This document shows positions 28,772-38,176 of a DNA stretch of 64,000 nt, piece by piece; the stretch's first letter is position 1; each line of letters begins with the position of its first letter. The stretch covers positions 128,001 to 192,000 of the forward strand of contig CBDCRW010000005.1 of NCBI GenBank assembly GCA_965221125.1, written 5' to 3'. Position numbers and translations under genes: made by a program. The DNA comes from Alphaproteobacteria bacterium (GTDB lineage Bacteria > Pseudomonadota > Alphaproteobacteria > UBA828). A model generated the notes under the pieces. That model saw nothing but the letters and a program-made list of their open reading frames with translations, was not told the origin of the DNA and ran no database searches.

Positions 28772-29776
28772 TCAAGTCACCTGGAAGCCGTGGGCGAAGG
28801 GGTCGTCCTCGTCGACGAAGATCGTGTTGAGCCCGGTGACCCGCGCCCAGCCCTCGACGCTCGGCACGATCGCGTCGTGGTTGCCCACCTTCGTCGCGCC
28901 CTCGACGCGGCAGCGGAAGAGGCTGCCGATGATGCTCTCGTGCACGAACTCGTCGCCGGGCGCGAGTTTTCCCAGGGCCGCCCACTGCGCCATGCGGGCC
29001 GAGCTGCCGGTGCCGCAGGGGGAGCGGTCGAGCGCGCCGGAGCCGTAGAAGACGGCGTTCCGCGCGTGCGCGCTCGCGTCGCGGGGCGCGCCGGTCCACA
29101 TGACGTGGCTCACGCCCGCGATGGAGGGATCGTCCGGGTGAATGCACTCGACGGCCTTGTTGCAGGCCTCGCGCAGGCCGGGACTCATCGCCAGCAGCGC
29201 GGCCGCCGAGAACGCCTCCATCCCCGCGTAGCCCGGCTGCGGGTCGACGATGGCGTAGAAATTGCCGCCGTAGGCGATGTCCACCGTGAGCGAGCCGAGG
29301 CCGGGGCATTCCACCTCCACCCCCGTCTCCGCCAAAAAGCTCGGCACGTTGGTGATGCGCACGCCTTCGACGTGCGTGCCGTTCCGCCGGTAGCGGGCGT
29401 CGACGCGGCCCGCCGGCGTATCCAGCACTAGGAAGCCCTCGTCGCGGGGCGTGACGAGGCCGTGCTCCAGCGCGATGGTCACGGTGCCGATGGTGCCGTG
29501 GCCGCACATGGGCAGGCAGCCGCTGGTCTCGACGAAGAGGATGGCCAGGTCGGCGTCCGCCGAAATGGGCGGGTAGAGAAGCGAGCCCGACATCAGGTCG
29601 TGGCCGCGCGGCTCGAACATCAGCGCCCGGCGGATCCAATCGTAGTCGCGGAGGAAGTGCTGGCGCCGCTCGCTCATGGTGGCGCCCGCGAGCGCTGGCC
29701 CGCCGCCGGCGACCACGCGGACCGGATTGCCGCAGGTGTGGCCGTCGATGCAGAAGAAGGTGTGGCGCGCGCCCAT
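28772..29776 (-). CDS. 4-hydroxyproline epimerase (proline racemase family)
   Basis: DGHTCGNPVR, EPRGH, MCGHGTIG and DRSPCGTG (both catalytic Cys). Confidence 0.9.
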   Translation of the reverse strand: MGARHTFFCIDGHTCGNPVRVVAGGGPALAGATMSERRQHFLRDYDWIRRALMFEPRGHDLMSGSLLYPPISADADLAILFVETSGCLPMCGHGTIGTVTIALEHGLVTPRDEGFLVLDTPAGRVDARYRRNGTHVEGVRITNVPSFLAETGVEVECPGLGSLTVDIAYGGNFYAIVDPQPGYAGMEAFSAAALLAMSPGLREACNKAVECIHPDDPSIAGVSHVMWTGAPRDASAHARNAVFYGSGALDRSPCGTGSSARMAQWAALGKLAPGDEFVHESIIGSLFRCRVEGATKVGNHDAIVPSVEGWARVTGLNTIFVDEDDPFAHGFQVT

Positions 29777-29779
29777 CGC

Positions 29780-30766
29780 TCAGCCCTTACCCGCGACCTG
29801 CACCCACTGGCCGCTGGCCGCGGCCTCGACCAGCGCTTCCATCACGGCGATGCAGTGCACGGCCTCCTCGGTCGTCACCGTGAACCGCGTCTCGCCGGCG
29901 CAGGCGGCGGCGAACTCGTCGAGCTCCAGCCGGAGCGTATCCAGCGCCTCAATGGGCTCTTCGCGCCTGGTCCCGTCCGCTGCCTGGAGGATGAGCTTGC
30001 TGTTGTCGATCTCGGCGAACGCGTTGCCGCCGGTGCCGTAGACGTTGATGTAGGAGGTGTGCGGGCAGGCGAACATCGTGCCGAGATAGCCCGAGACACC
30101 GGATTCGAAGGCGAAGAGCACCGAGGTCGTGTCGTCGATGTCGACCGGGACCGCGCGCCGGTACGCCTGCGCGCCCACCCGCGCGATGGGCCCCAGCAGG
30201 TAGACGAGGGCGTCGATCATGTGGATGCCGAGGCCGGTGATGGAGCCGGCCGGGCTCTCGATGCGGTTGGAGCGCCACAATTCCGGCGAGTAGCTGAGCG
30301 CGCTCGGCACGGAGAAATTGGCTTCCGCGTGGAGCACCGTGCCGAAGTCGCCTGCCTCCAGCCTGGATTTCAGCGCCTGCGTCCCGCTGTGCCAGCGCCG
30401 GTTCTGCCCGATGGCGAGAACCACGCCGGCTGCGGCGCAGGCATCGACCGCGGCCTGCGCGCTCGCGCGCGTCAGCGTGAAGGGCTTCTCGCAGAAGACG
30501 TGCTTACCCGCCGCCGCTGCCGCGATCACCTGCTCGGCATGGAGCGAGTGCGGCGTTGTCAGGATGACCGCGTCGACCCCGTCGTCGGCAAGCACCGCCT
30601 CGTAGGAGTCGTGCTGGGCCGTGCCGTACTTTTGGGCGAAGGCCGCGCGCTTCTCTTCGGACCGGGTGTAGCAGGTCACGATACGGATGGCGTCCGACTT
30701 GCCCTGTGCGGCATCCGCAAGCTCGTCGGACCACCAGCCCATCCCGATTGAGGCGGCGCGCAGCAT
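29780..30766 (-). CDS. Gfo/Idh/MocA oxidoreductase
   Basis: IGMGWW, TPHSLH, GKHVFCEKP, GIHMID. Confidence 0.9.
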   Translation of the reverse strand: MLRAASIGMGWWSDELADAAQGKSDAIRIVTCYTRSEEKRAAFAQKYGTAQHDSYEAVLADDGVDAVILTTPHSLHAEQVIAAAAAGKHVFCEKPFTLTRASAQAAVDACAAAGVVLAIGQNRRWHSGTQALKSRLEAGDFGTVLHAEANFSVPSALSYSPELWRSNRIESPAGSITGLGIHMIDALVYLLGPIARVGAQAYRRAVPVDIDDTTSVLFAFESGVSGYLGTMFACPHTSYINVYGTGGNAFAEIDNSKLILQAADGTRREEPIEALDTLRLELDEFAAACAGETRFTVTTEEAVHCIAVMEALVEAAASGQWVQVAGKG

Positions 30767-30898
30767 GGCTTACACCCGATCCTGTGAGTCCTGTCCCGAC
30801 ACTAGCCCGGATTTCTCGCCACGGCCAAGGTCTGCGGCTGTCGACGGCGAACCCGTTTCGCTGCAACGCGCTCCCGCTTAGCGCTTTGCAATCGTCCA

Positions 30899-31011
30899 CC
30901 CACCTCCCCCTGTCCCCCTCCCCCCAAGGGCGGAGGGGGAACGCTGTCGGCGCCGTCCGTATTCTCCCTCTCCTCCCCACCGGGGAGGAGAGGGCCGGGG
31001 TGAGGTGGGGG
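30899..31011 (-). repeat. Repeat family B copy 2
   Basis: Inverted relative to 25011-25121. Confidence 0.88.
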
Positions 31012-31118
31012 CTTTGCTTCAGGCGTCCGTGGCAGAGAGAGCTTTCCGCGCTCCGATCGCGCCCGGTGCGGCATGACAAACAGCGTCGTTTCTCCCGATG
31101 CGGTCGTCCGGGGTAACG

Positions 31119-32273
31119 ATGGAAGCCCTGGTCGGCGCGGCGCTGCACACGCCGGAGGGGATCGTCTCCGCCCGCGCCCTGCTGCTGGCGGCGGGCGCAA
31201 TCCGCGACATCGTGGCGGAAAACGCGATCCCCGCCGACGCCCGGGTCACGCGGCTCGCGGGCGGCACGCTCGCCGCTGGCTTCATCGACCTGCAGGTGAA
31301 CGGCGGCGGCGGTGTCATGTTCAACGACGTGCCGACGGCGGCAACCGTCGCGGCGATCGGCCGTGCCCACCGGGCGCGGGGCACCACGGGCTTTCTGCCG
31401 ACCTTCATCTCCGGCCCGCGCGCCGCCATGGCGCGGGCGGTGGCGGCGGTGCGAGACGCGATGGACGCCGGCGAGCCCGGCGTGCTCGGCATCCACTTCG
31501 AGGGGCCGCACATCAACCCCGCGCGCCGGGGCGCCCACGATGCGTGCCAGATCCGGCCGCCGGCGGACGGCGACATCGACCTGCTCACCTCGCTCGGCGT
31601 TGGCCGCACGCTGGTGACGCTCGCGCCGGAGTGCGTGGCGCCTGCCGACATCGCCGCGCTGGCCGCCCGCGGCGTCATCGTCGCCGCCGGCCACAGCGAG
31701 GCCGACGCCGGCACCATCGACCGGGCGGCGGCGCAGGGGCTTGCCGGCGTCACCCACCTGTTCAACGCCATGGGCCCGCTCGGCCACCGCGAGCCCGGCG
31801 CGGCCGGCGCGGCGCTGACGCGCGACCGTCTCGCCTGCGGCATCATCGCCGACGGCGCCCACGTGCGCTGGGAGGTGCTGCGCCTCGCCTGGCGCGCGAA
31901 ACCCCCCGGCACGCTGTTCCTGGTCTCGGACGCGATGGCGCCGGTGGGTGCGGCGGATGCGGAGACGGTCCGCATCGGCGACGAGACCGCGCGGATCGTG
32001 GACGGCTGCCTGCGCCTCGCCGACGGCCGGCTCGCCGGCTCGCTGCTGGACATGGCGCAAGCGGTGCGAAACAGCGTCGTGCACGCAGGGATCCCGCTGG
32101 TGGACGCGCTCGCCATGGCCGCTGCGTACCCTGCGGACTTTCTGGGCGTGGGCGAGGAGCGCGGGCGGCTCGCGCCGGGTTTGGGAGCCGATCTGGTCTG
32201 GCTCGACGACGACCTCCGCGTCCGCGCCACCTGGATCGGCGGGGCACGCACCAATCGGGCTGAGGAGCGGTAG
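31119..32273 (+). CDS. nagA: N-acetylglucosamine-6-phosphate deacetylase
   Basis: GFIDLQVNG, GIHFEGP, TLAPE, AGHS, THLFNAM, IADGAHV, LVSDAM, LAGS. Confidence 0.93.
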   Translation: MEALVGAALHTPEGIVSARALLLAAGAIRDIVAENAIPADARVTRLAGGTLAAGFIDLQVNGGGGVMFNDVPTAATVAAIGRAHRARGTTGFLPTFISGPRAAMARAVAAVRDAMDAGEPGVLGIHFEGPHINPARRGAHDACQIRPPADGDIDLLTSLGVGRTLVTLAPECVAPADIAALAARGVIVAAGHSEADAGTIDRAAAQGLAGVTHLFNAMGPLGHREPGAAGAALTRDRLACGIIADGAHVRWEVLRLAWRAKPPGTLFLVSDAMAPVGAADAETVRIGDETARIVDGCLRLADGRLAGSLLDMAQAVRNSVVHAGIPLVDALAMAAAYPADFLGVGEERGRLAPGLGADLVWLDDDLRVRATWIGGARTNRAEER

Positions 32274-32279
32274 CACGCC

Positions 32280-33197
32280 ATGCACATCGGTATCGACATC
32301 GGCGGCACCAAGCTCGCCGCCATCGCCCTCGACGCGGACGGGCAGGAGCGCGCGCGCCTGCGCCAGCCGACGCCCACGAGCTTCGACGCCGTGATCGACG
32401 CCGTCGCCGACGTCGTGGAGCGGCTCGAAGCCGAAGGCGGTCGCGCGCCGGGCGTCGGCATCAGCCTCCCCGGCATCATCACCCGGGCGCAGGAGATCAG
32501 CATGATCGTCAACCTGCCCTGGCTCGAAGGGACGCCGCTCCGCCGGGCCATGGAGGCGCGGCTCGACCGCCCGGTGACGCTCGCCAACGACGCCAACTGC
32601 TTCGCCCTTTCCGAGGCGACCGACGGCGCGGGCGCAGGAGCGGAGGTGGTGTTCGGCGTCATCCTCGGCACCGGCGTGGGCGGCGCGCTGGTCGTGCGCG
32701 GCGAGATCGTGGTGGGCGCCAACGCCACCGCCGGCGAATGGGGCCACAACCCGTGGCCCACGCCGGGCGCGGGCGGCGTGCCCTGCACCTGCGGGCGCTT
32801 CGCCCAGGGCTGCGTCGAGACCTGGCTCAACGGCGCGGCGCTCGCGCGCGACTACGCCGCCCTCGGCGGGGGCGAGGCGACGGCAGAGAAAATCGCCGCA
32901 CGGGCGGATGCGGGGGACGCGCAGGCCGCAGACGCCATCGCCCGCTATGCCGAACGGCTGGCGCAGGCGCTCGCCGGCGTGATCAACGTGCTCGACCCCG
33001 ACGCGATCGTGCTGGGCGGCGGCCTCTCGGAGATCGCAGCCCTTTACCGCCTCGTTCCCGCGGCCTGGGGTGCGCACGCGAGCGTCGCCCGGCCCGCCAC
33101 CCGGCTCGTCCGCGCCCGCTTCGGCCCGGAGAGCGGCCTGCGCGGCGCCGCGCGGCTCAGAGTAGGTGCAGGCCAGAGCACAACTCGACCGGATTGA
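32280..33197 (+). CDS. ROK-family sugar kinase (Mak/NagK-like)
   Basis: GIDIGGTK, NDANCFALSE, GTGVGG, GEWGH, CTCG..GCVE. Confidence 0.9.
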   Translation: MHIGIDIGGTKLAAIALDADGQERARLRQPTPTSFDAVIDAVADVVERLEAEGGRAPGVGISLPGIITRAQEISMIVNLPWLEGTPLRRAMEARLDRPVTLANDANCFALSEATDGAGAGAEVVFGVILGTGVGGALVVRGEIVVGANATAGEWGHNPWPTPGAGGVPCTCGRFAQGCVETWLNGAALARDYAALGGGEATAEKIAARADAGDAQAADAIARYAERLAQALAGVINVLDPDAIVLGGGLSEIAALYRLVPAAWGAHASVARPATRLVRARFGPESGLRGAARLRVGAGQSTTRPD

Positions 33198-33390
33198 ATC
33201 GTATCCGGTTGCCGCACGGTCACGCCCTCACATATCGCACGGTCAAAAATGAATCCCCCACCTCACCCCGGCCCTCTCCTCCCCGCCGGGGAGGAGAGGG
33301 AGAACAGGCGGCGCCGGCTTGCGTTCCCCCTCCGCCCATTGGGCGGAGGGGGACAGGGGGAGGTGGGAATGTTCTGGCCGCAGGGATATC
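33174..33390 (+). repeat. Repeat family B copy 3 (long form)
   Basis: Core 33255-33367 plus flanks that align to the reverse complement of 45657-45870. Confidence 0.85.
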
Positions 33391-34369
33391 AGTGCAGTTG
33401 AGGGGCCTTCATGAACTCGTCGCGGGTGGCGGTGAGCACGCGCACCTCGTGGTGCTCGCCGTTGCGCATGACGGTGAGCGGCACCGCGACGCCCGCCTCG
33501 CCCACGGCCCAGACGCTGCGGAACAGCTCGACGAGGCTGCCCACCGGCTGGCGGTTCACCGCGAGCACCTGGTCGCCAACCTGCAGCTCCGCCTGCTCCG
33601 CCGGCCCCTCAGGCGCCAGGCCGGCGACCACCAGCGCCTCGTCCACCTCGGTCACGTAGGCGCCGAGCCATGGCCTCGGCGGGCGCTGGCTGCGGCCCAG
33701 CGTCTGCATCTCGTCGAGGATCGGCGGCAGCAGGTCGATGGGCACGATCATGTTGCCGTCGAGCGTGTCCGACCCGCCGCCGCCGGCATGGCGCACCAGC
33801 AGCGAGCCGATGCCGGCGAGCCGGCCGTGGCGGTCGATCAGCGCGCTGCCGCCCCAGTTGGGATGCGGCGGCGATGTGAAGATGGCCTCGTCGAGCACGT
33901 ATTCCCAGTAGCCGGCGAACTCGCGCTTCGCGGTGACGCGGGAGTTGAGCGAGTGCCGCCGCCCGCCCTCGCCGGCGACGATCACGAAGTCGCCCACCTC
34001 CAGCGCGGACGAGGAGCCGAGCTCCAGCGCGGGCACGCCGAAGCGGCCGAGCGCCTGCACGAGACCGAACCCGGATTCGAAGTCGTAGCCCAGCGCGTGG
34101 CCCGCGAGCACGCTGCCGTCGCTCGCCGTCAGCCAGACCGAGTCCGCCTCGGCGATCAGGTAGCCGATGGTGACGACGAGGCCGCTCGCGCTGATGAGCA
34201 CGCCGTTCCCGGTCCGCTCCGTCCCCAGGATGCCGGCGGTGAACGCGTCCTCCGGGATGGTCGCGCGCAGGCCCACGACGGCGCCGAGCGCGGCGTCGAG
34301 GTCGAAGGACACCTGCTCCGGCTTCGGCTGCGCCGACAGCGGGATCTCCCAATCGAACTCGTCGCTCAT
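33389..34369 (-). CDS. S1C/HtrA-like trypsin-fold plus PDZ protein, catalytic triad absent
   Basis: GNGVLI, TIGYLI, PNWGGSALID..G.LAGIG, PDZ (PWLG, GPAEQAEL..GD.VLAVN). ATG 34369 is the likely start. Confidence 0.82.
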   Translation of the reverse strand: MSDEFDWEIPLSAQPKPEQVSFDLDAALGAVVGLRATIPEDAFTAGILGTERTGNGVLISASGLVVTIGYLIAEADSVWLTASDGSVLAGHALGYDFESGFGLVQALGRFGVPALELGSSSALEVGDFVIVAGEGGRRHSLNSRVTAKREFAGYWEYVLDEAIFTSPPHPNWGGSALIDRHGRLAGIGSLLVRHAGGGGSDTLDGNMIVPIDLLPPILDEMQTLGRSQRPPRPWLGAYVTEVDEALVVAGLAPEGPAEQAELQVGDQVLAVNRQPVGSLVELFRSVWAVGEAGVAVPLTVMRNGEHHEVRVLTATRDEFMKAPQLH

Positions 34370-34439
34370 GACGCGGCCCCCGGACTGGTCCGCAAAACTA
34401 TCCCGCCCCTGCCGCAGCGTGGCAAGGGCTCCGACCGTC

Positions 34440-34547
34440 TTGTCGCTCACGGCAGCTGGCCTTCGGCCAGCGCCTCCGCGAGGGCGCCGCATTCGCGGCG
34501 GGCCGCGGTCGCGGCCTGTCGCGCGTCCGTCGGAGACGGACGCGCTC
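34440..34547 (+). repeat. Repeat family A copy 4 (lacks the first hairpin)
   Basis: Core and terminal hairpin GCGCGTCCGTC-GGA-GACGGACGCGC. Confidence 0.9.
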
Positions 34548-34569
34548 CAAGCCCCTCGGCAGCAAGCGC

Positions 34570-36099
34570 TCATTGGGGCGCGTCGTCGCCGAAGAGCATG
34601 TCGAAGGGAAGGCCGTTCACGGTGACGGCACCGTCGCGGCGGAGGTCGATCTCGTAGGCATGGAACGGCTCGTCCTCGCCCGCTTCGAAGACCGGCTTGC
34701 CGAGGCCCTGAAGGACGAGCAGCAGCGCCACCAGGTCCTTCTCGCCCTCCACCGCAGCCAGCGCCATGAGCGTGCTCAGCCCCCGCACCCGCGCTTCCAC
34801 GCGCCCGACGATGCCGAAGACGCTGGCCGGCTCGACCCGGAGCCGGCCGTCGGCGCGAAGCTCGCTGGCCGGCGTGGCGATACGGACGGCGCGGATCTCG
34901 ATGGCGGAATCCGCCGCGTCCAGGTGCGCGAGGAAGACGTCCGCGATCGACCCGCGCTGGGGCATGTCCGCGCCGCCCGGTGAGGACAGCGCCTCGGCGA
35001 TGCGGCGGAGCGGCAGCCGTGTGAGCGCGATATCGACGGTCGCCGCATGGGGCATGAGCGCGGGCGGGATGCCGCTGCCCACCCCGTCGCCGGGCCGGAA
35101 CCCGGCGGCCGAGATGCGCGTGGAGATGTCCGTGAATTCGCTTCGGCCGTTGGCGCCGACGTGCCATTCGAGGCTGCCGAGCGAGAACGCGCCGCTCTCG
35201 CCGAGGCCCGTATCGCCGCCGCTGACCGTCACGTCGTGTAAGGCGACGGTCATGTCGGAGCGCCCCCAGCGGCCGCTGACGAGAGGCGTGAGCGCGTCGC
35301 CCAGCGCCGTCGGCCCGCCCATGGCGCCGGCGAACGAGAGGGCGTCGCCCCGCATCTGCATCACCAGGTCGCGGTCGAAATCCTCGCCCTCGCTCGTGGC
35401 GTCGAGGTGGCCCAGGGCGAAGCCCTCGCCCCGGAGGCCGGCGAGGCTGAGGGTGGTGCGGCCGTCCCACAGCCCGTCGGCGCCCTCGCTCAGCTCGTCC
35501 GCGAGGGAGAGCGATGCCAGCGACAGCGTTTCCGTCGCCTGCGCCCCCTCGCCCGTCACGAGCCGCAGGTTCTCGGCCTCCGCTTCCACCCTGGTCGCAA
35601 TCTCCAGGTCGGAGCGCCACGTGCCGGCGACCGTGCCCCTGCCGATGGTGAGCCGTTCTCCCTGCCTGTCGACCGTGGCGGGCAGCGCGGTCTCGAAGTC
35701 GTAGGCCGTCTCGCTCCGGGGCGTCACGGCAATAGCGAGATCGCCCAGCACCCACTGGCCGAGCGATGCGGATTGCTCGACGAGGCGCGCGCCCGGCAGA
35801 TGGACGGTGACGGTGCCGTCCCGCTCCGCCGCCCACATCGGCGCATCGAGGGCGAGCCGCATGCTGTCGGAGCCGAAGCCCAGGCGCTTCTCCAGCCAGT
35901 CGGCGATGGAAAGCACGATCCGCCCGGCCGTGCTACCGGGATCGACCGGCGCCACGGGGATAGCGCGCGCGGCCGGCTCCGGCGGCGCGGCCGCACCCTC
36001 CTCCAGCGCAGCCAGGGCAGCCGCCGGGATCGCCGCCCCGGCGAGCGTGAGCGCGGAGACGAGGACGGCCGCCGCCAGGATCCGTCTCGCCGTCTCCAT
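34570..36099 (-). CDS. Exported hypothetical protein (DUF2125/YdgA-like C-terminus)
   Basis: Signal peptide, beta-rich body, C-terminal YEIDL..DGAVTVNGLP. Confidence 0.6.
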   Translation of the reverse strand: METARRILAAAVLVSALTLAGAAIPAAALAALEEGAAAPPEPAARAIPVAPVDPGSTAGRIVLSIADWLEKRLGFGSDSMRLALDAPMWAAERDGTVTVHLPGARLVEQSASLGQWVLGDLAIAVTPRSETAYDFETALPATVDRQGERLTIGRGTVAGTWRSDLEIATRVEAEAENLRLVTGEGAQATETLSLASLSLADELSEGADGLWDGRTTLSLAGLRGEGFALGHLDATSEGEDFDRDLVMQMRGDALSFAGAMGGPTALGDALTPLVSGRWGRSDMTVALHDVTVSGGDTGLGESGAFSLGSLEWHVGANGRSEFTDISTRISAAGFRPGDGVGSGIPPALMPHAATVDIALTRLPLRRIAEALSSPGGADMPQRGSIADVFLAHLDAADSAIEIRAVRIATPASELRADGRLRVEPASVFGIVGRVEARVRGLSTLMALAAVEGEKDLVALLLVLQGLGKPVFEAGEDEPFHAYEIDLRRDGAVTVNGLPFDMLFGDDAPQ

Positions 36100-36116
36100 T
36101 GCCCGAGCCACCCCGA

Positions 36117-36947
36117 TCAGTCGGCCCGCGGGATGTCTTCCGTCGGCGTCGTGATGGACGCATAGAGGTCCGGGCGGCGGTCGCGGAACATGGGCCACGC
36201 GCGCCGCGCCGCGAAGACGCGCGCACGCTCGAGGGTCGCCGTGATGGTCTCGTCGCCGTCGTCGCCCGCCTCGGCCAGCACTTCGGAATCGGGCGCCACG
36301 ATCATGCTGCGCCCACCGAAGGTCCACTCGCCTTCCAGCCCCACCTTGTTGCAGGGGGCGAAGTAGACGCCGTTCTCGAAGGCGCGGGTCTGCATGGTCT
36401 CGCGCCAGCAGGCGATGGGCGGGCAGGCGAAGGGAACCACGATCAGCTCCGCCCCGTTGACCGCGGCGCAGCGTGCGGATTCGGGAAAGAACGTGTCGTA
36501 GCAGATGTTTATGCCAACCCGCCATTCGCCGATGCGGAACACGGGAAAGTGCGAGCCGTAGCGGAAGTAGATTTTCTCAAGGCTGCGAACCGCCGCCGGA
36601 TGCGCCTTGCGGTAGCGGCCGAGTATCGCGCCCGCCGGGTCGATCACGATGGCGCTGTCGTAGCAGATGCCGGCGGATTCGGCCTCGAAGATGGTGGCGA
36701 CGATGTGGATGCCGTGCTCGCGCGCCTTGGCCCGCATGGCGGTGATGGCGATGCCGTCCTCGCTCTCCGCCTCGTCGATGTGCCGGTAGTCGCGGTACTG
36801 AAAGACGTAGGGGTGGTTGAAGAACTCCGGCACGACCACGAGATCGGGTTTTTGGGCCGCCACCGTCCGGTCGATATGGCCGGCGGCGCGGGCCACGTTC
36901 TCCGCGTGGTCGGGCGTGCTGTTCATCTGGATCAGGCAGAGTTTCAT
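36117..36947 (-). CDS. Carbon-nitrogen hydrolase (nitrilase superfamily)
   Basis: Triad PEFF / YRKAH / ICYD; RAFENG; FRDRRPDLY. Confidence 0.9.
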   Translation of the reverse strand: MKLCLIQMNSTPDHAENVARAAGHIDRTVAAQKPDLVVVPEFFNHPYVFQYRDYRHIDEAESEDGIAITAMRAKAREHGIHIVATIFEAESAGICYDSAIVIDPAGAILGRYRKAHPAAVRSLEKIYFRYGSHFPVFRIGEWRVGINICYDTFFPESARCAAVNGAELIVVPFACPPIACWRETMQTRAFENGVYFAPCNKVGLEGEWTFGGRSMIVAPDSEVLAEAGDDGDETITATLERARVFAARRAWPMFRDRRPDLYASITTPTEDIPRAD

Positions 36948-37045
36948 CGCCCCCTACTCCCGTGCTATCCCGCCCCGAGGTGCGGTTCAGCCTAGCCCGG
37001 AATTCCCACCACGGCCATGAGCCGCCAAGGAAAGGGATCGACCCC

Positions 37046-38083
37046 ATGAGCGAGGGCGTACTGACCACCGCCGTCGTCGGCAGCTATCCGCAGCCGGATT
37101 GGCTCGTCGACCGCGACAACCTGACGAACCGCCTGCCGCCCCGCGTGCGCGCGCAGGAGATGTGGCGAATTCCGCCCGAGCACCTGCAGGAGGCGCAGGA
37201 GGCGGCGACGCTCGTCGCGATCCGGGACCAGGAACAGGCCGGCATCGACGTCATCAGCGACGGCGAGATCAGGCGCGAGAGCTATTCCAACCGCCTCGCC
37301 ACCGCGCTCGGCGGCATCGACAGGGAGCGGAGCGGCACCCACATGGACCGCACCGGGAACCCCGCGCCGGTCCCGCTGGTCTCAGGGCCGATCAGGCGCG
37401 AGCGCCCGGTCGAGGTCGACGACGTGAGGTTCCTGCGGGCCAACACCGAGCGCAGGATCAAGATCACCCTGCCCGGCCCCTTCACCATGACCCAGCAGGC
37501 GGAGAACGCGCACTACCCGGACGACGAGAGCCTCGCCATGGCCTACGCGGAGGCGGTGAACGAGGAGATCAGGGACCTCTTCGCCGCCGGCGCCGACATC
37601 GTGCAGCTCGACGAGCCCTACGTGCAGGCCCGGCCCGAGGCCGCGCGCGCCTACGCGGTGAAGGCGATCAACCGGGCGCTGGAGGGCGTGGACGGCAAGA
37701 CCGCGCTGCACCTCTGCTTCGGCTATGCGGCGGTGATCAAGACGGAGAAGCCCAGCGGCTATTCCTTCCTGCCGGAGCTGGAGGCGGCGGCGGTCGACCA
37801 GATCTCCATCGAGGCGGCGCAGCCGGGCCTCGACCCGGCGATCCTCGCCCACCTGCCGTCCAAGGAGATCCTCTACGGCGTGATCGACCTGAACGACCCG
37901 CAAGTCGAGCGGCCGGAGACCGTGGCGGCCCGGCTGCGCGCGGCGCTCGCCGTGGTGCCGGCGGACCGCCTCGTCGCCGCGCCCGACTGCGGCATGAAGT
38001 ACCTGACGCGGGACACCGCGTTAGGCAAGCTCAAGGCCATGGTGGAAGGCGCCGCCATCGCCCGCCGCGAGGTCGCGGGGTAG
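37046..38083 (+). CDS. Cobalamin-independent methionine synthase II family, catalytic domain only
   Basis: VGSYPQP, SDGEIRRESY, QLDEP, HLCFG, PDCGMK (Zn ligands); half the length of MetE. Confidence 0.85.
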   Translation: MSEGVLTTAVVGSYPQPDWLVDRDNLTNRLPPRVRAQEMWRIPPEHLQEAQEAATLVAIRDQEQAGIDVISDGEIRRESYSNRLATALGGIDRERSGTHMDRTGNPAPVPLVSGPIRRERPVEVDDVRFLRANTERRIKITLPGPFTMTQQAENAHYPDDESLAMAYAEAVNEEIRDLFAAGADIVQLDEPYVQARPEAARAYAVKAINRALEGVDGKTALHLCFGYAAVIKTEKPSGYSFLPELEAAAVDQISIEAAQPGLDPAILAHLPSKEILYGVIDLNDPQVERPETVAARLRAALAVVPADRLVAAPDCGMKYLTRDTALGKLKAMVEGAAIARREVAG

Positions 38084-38176
38084 CGGCCGGTTTTCGACGG
38101 ACTGAAGAGCGGGAACGTGGGGCCCGATAACGGGAACTTCTCGATCAGGACACCAAGCCCGTAATTCTCACCCCGC

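Noticed and set aside
33389-35836. 815-aa ORF suggesting a large protease fusion
   Set aside because: The upstream part is an alternative frame of the 34570-36099 gene reading through repeat A; the real domain starts at ATG 34369.
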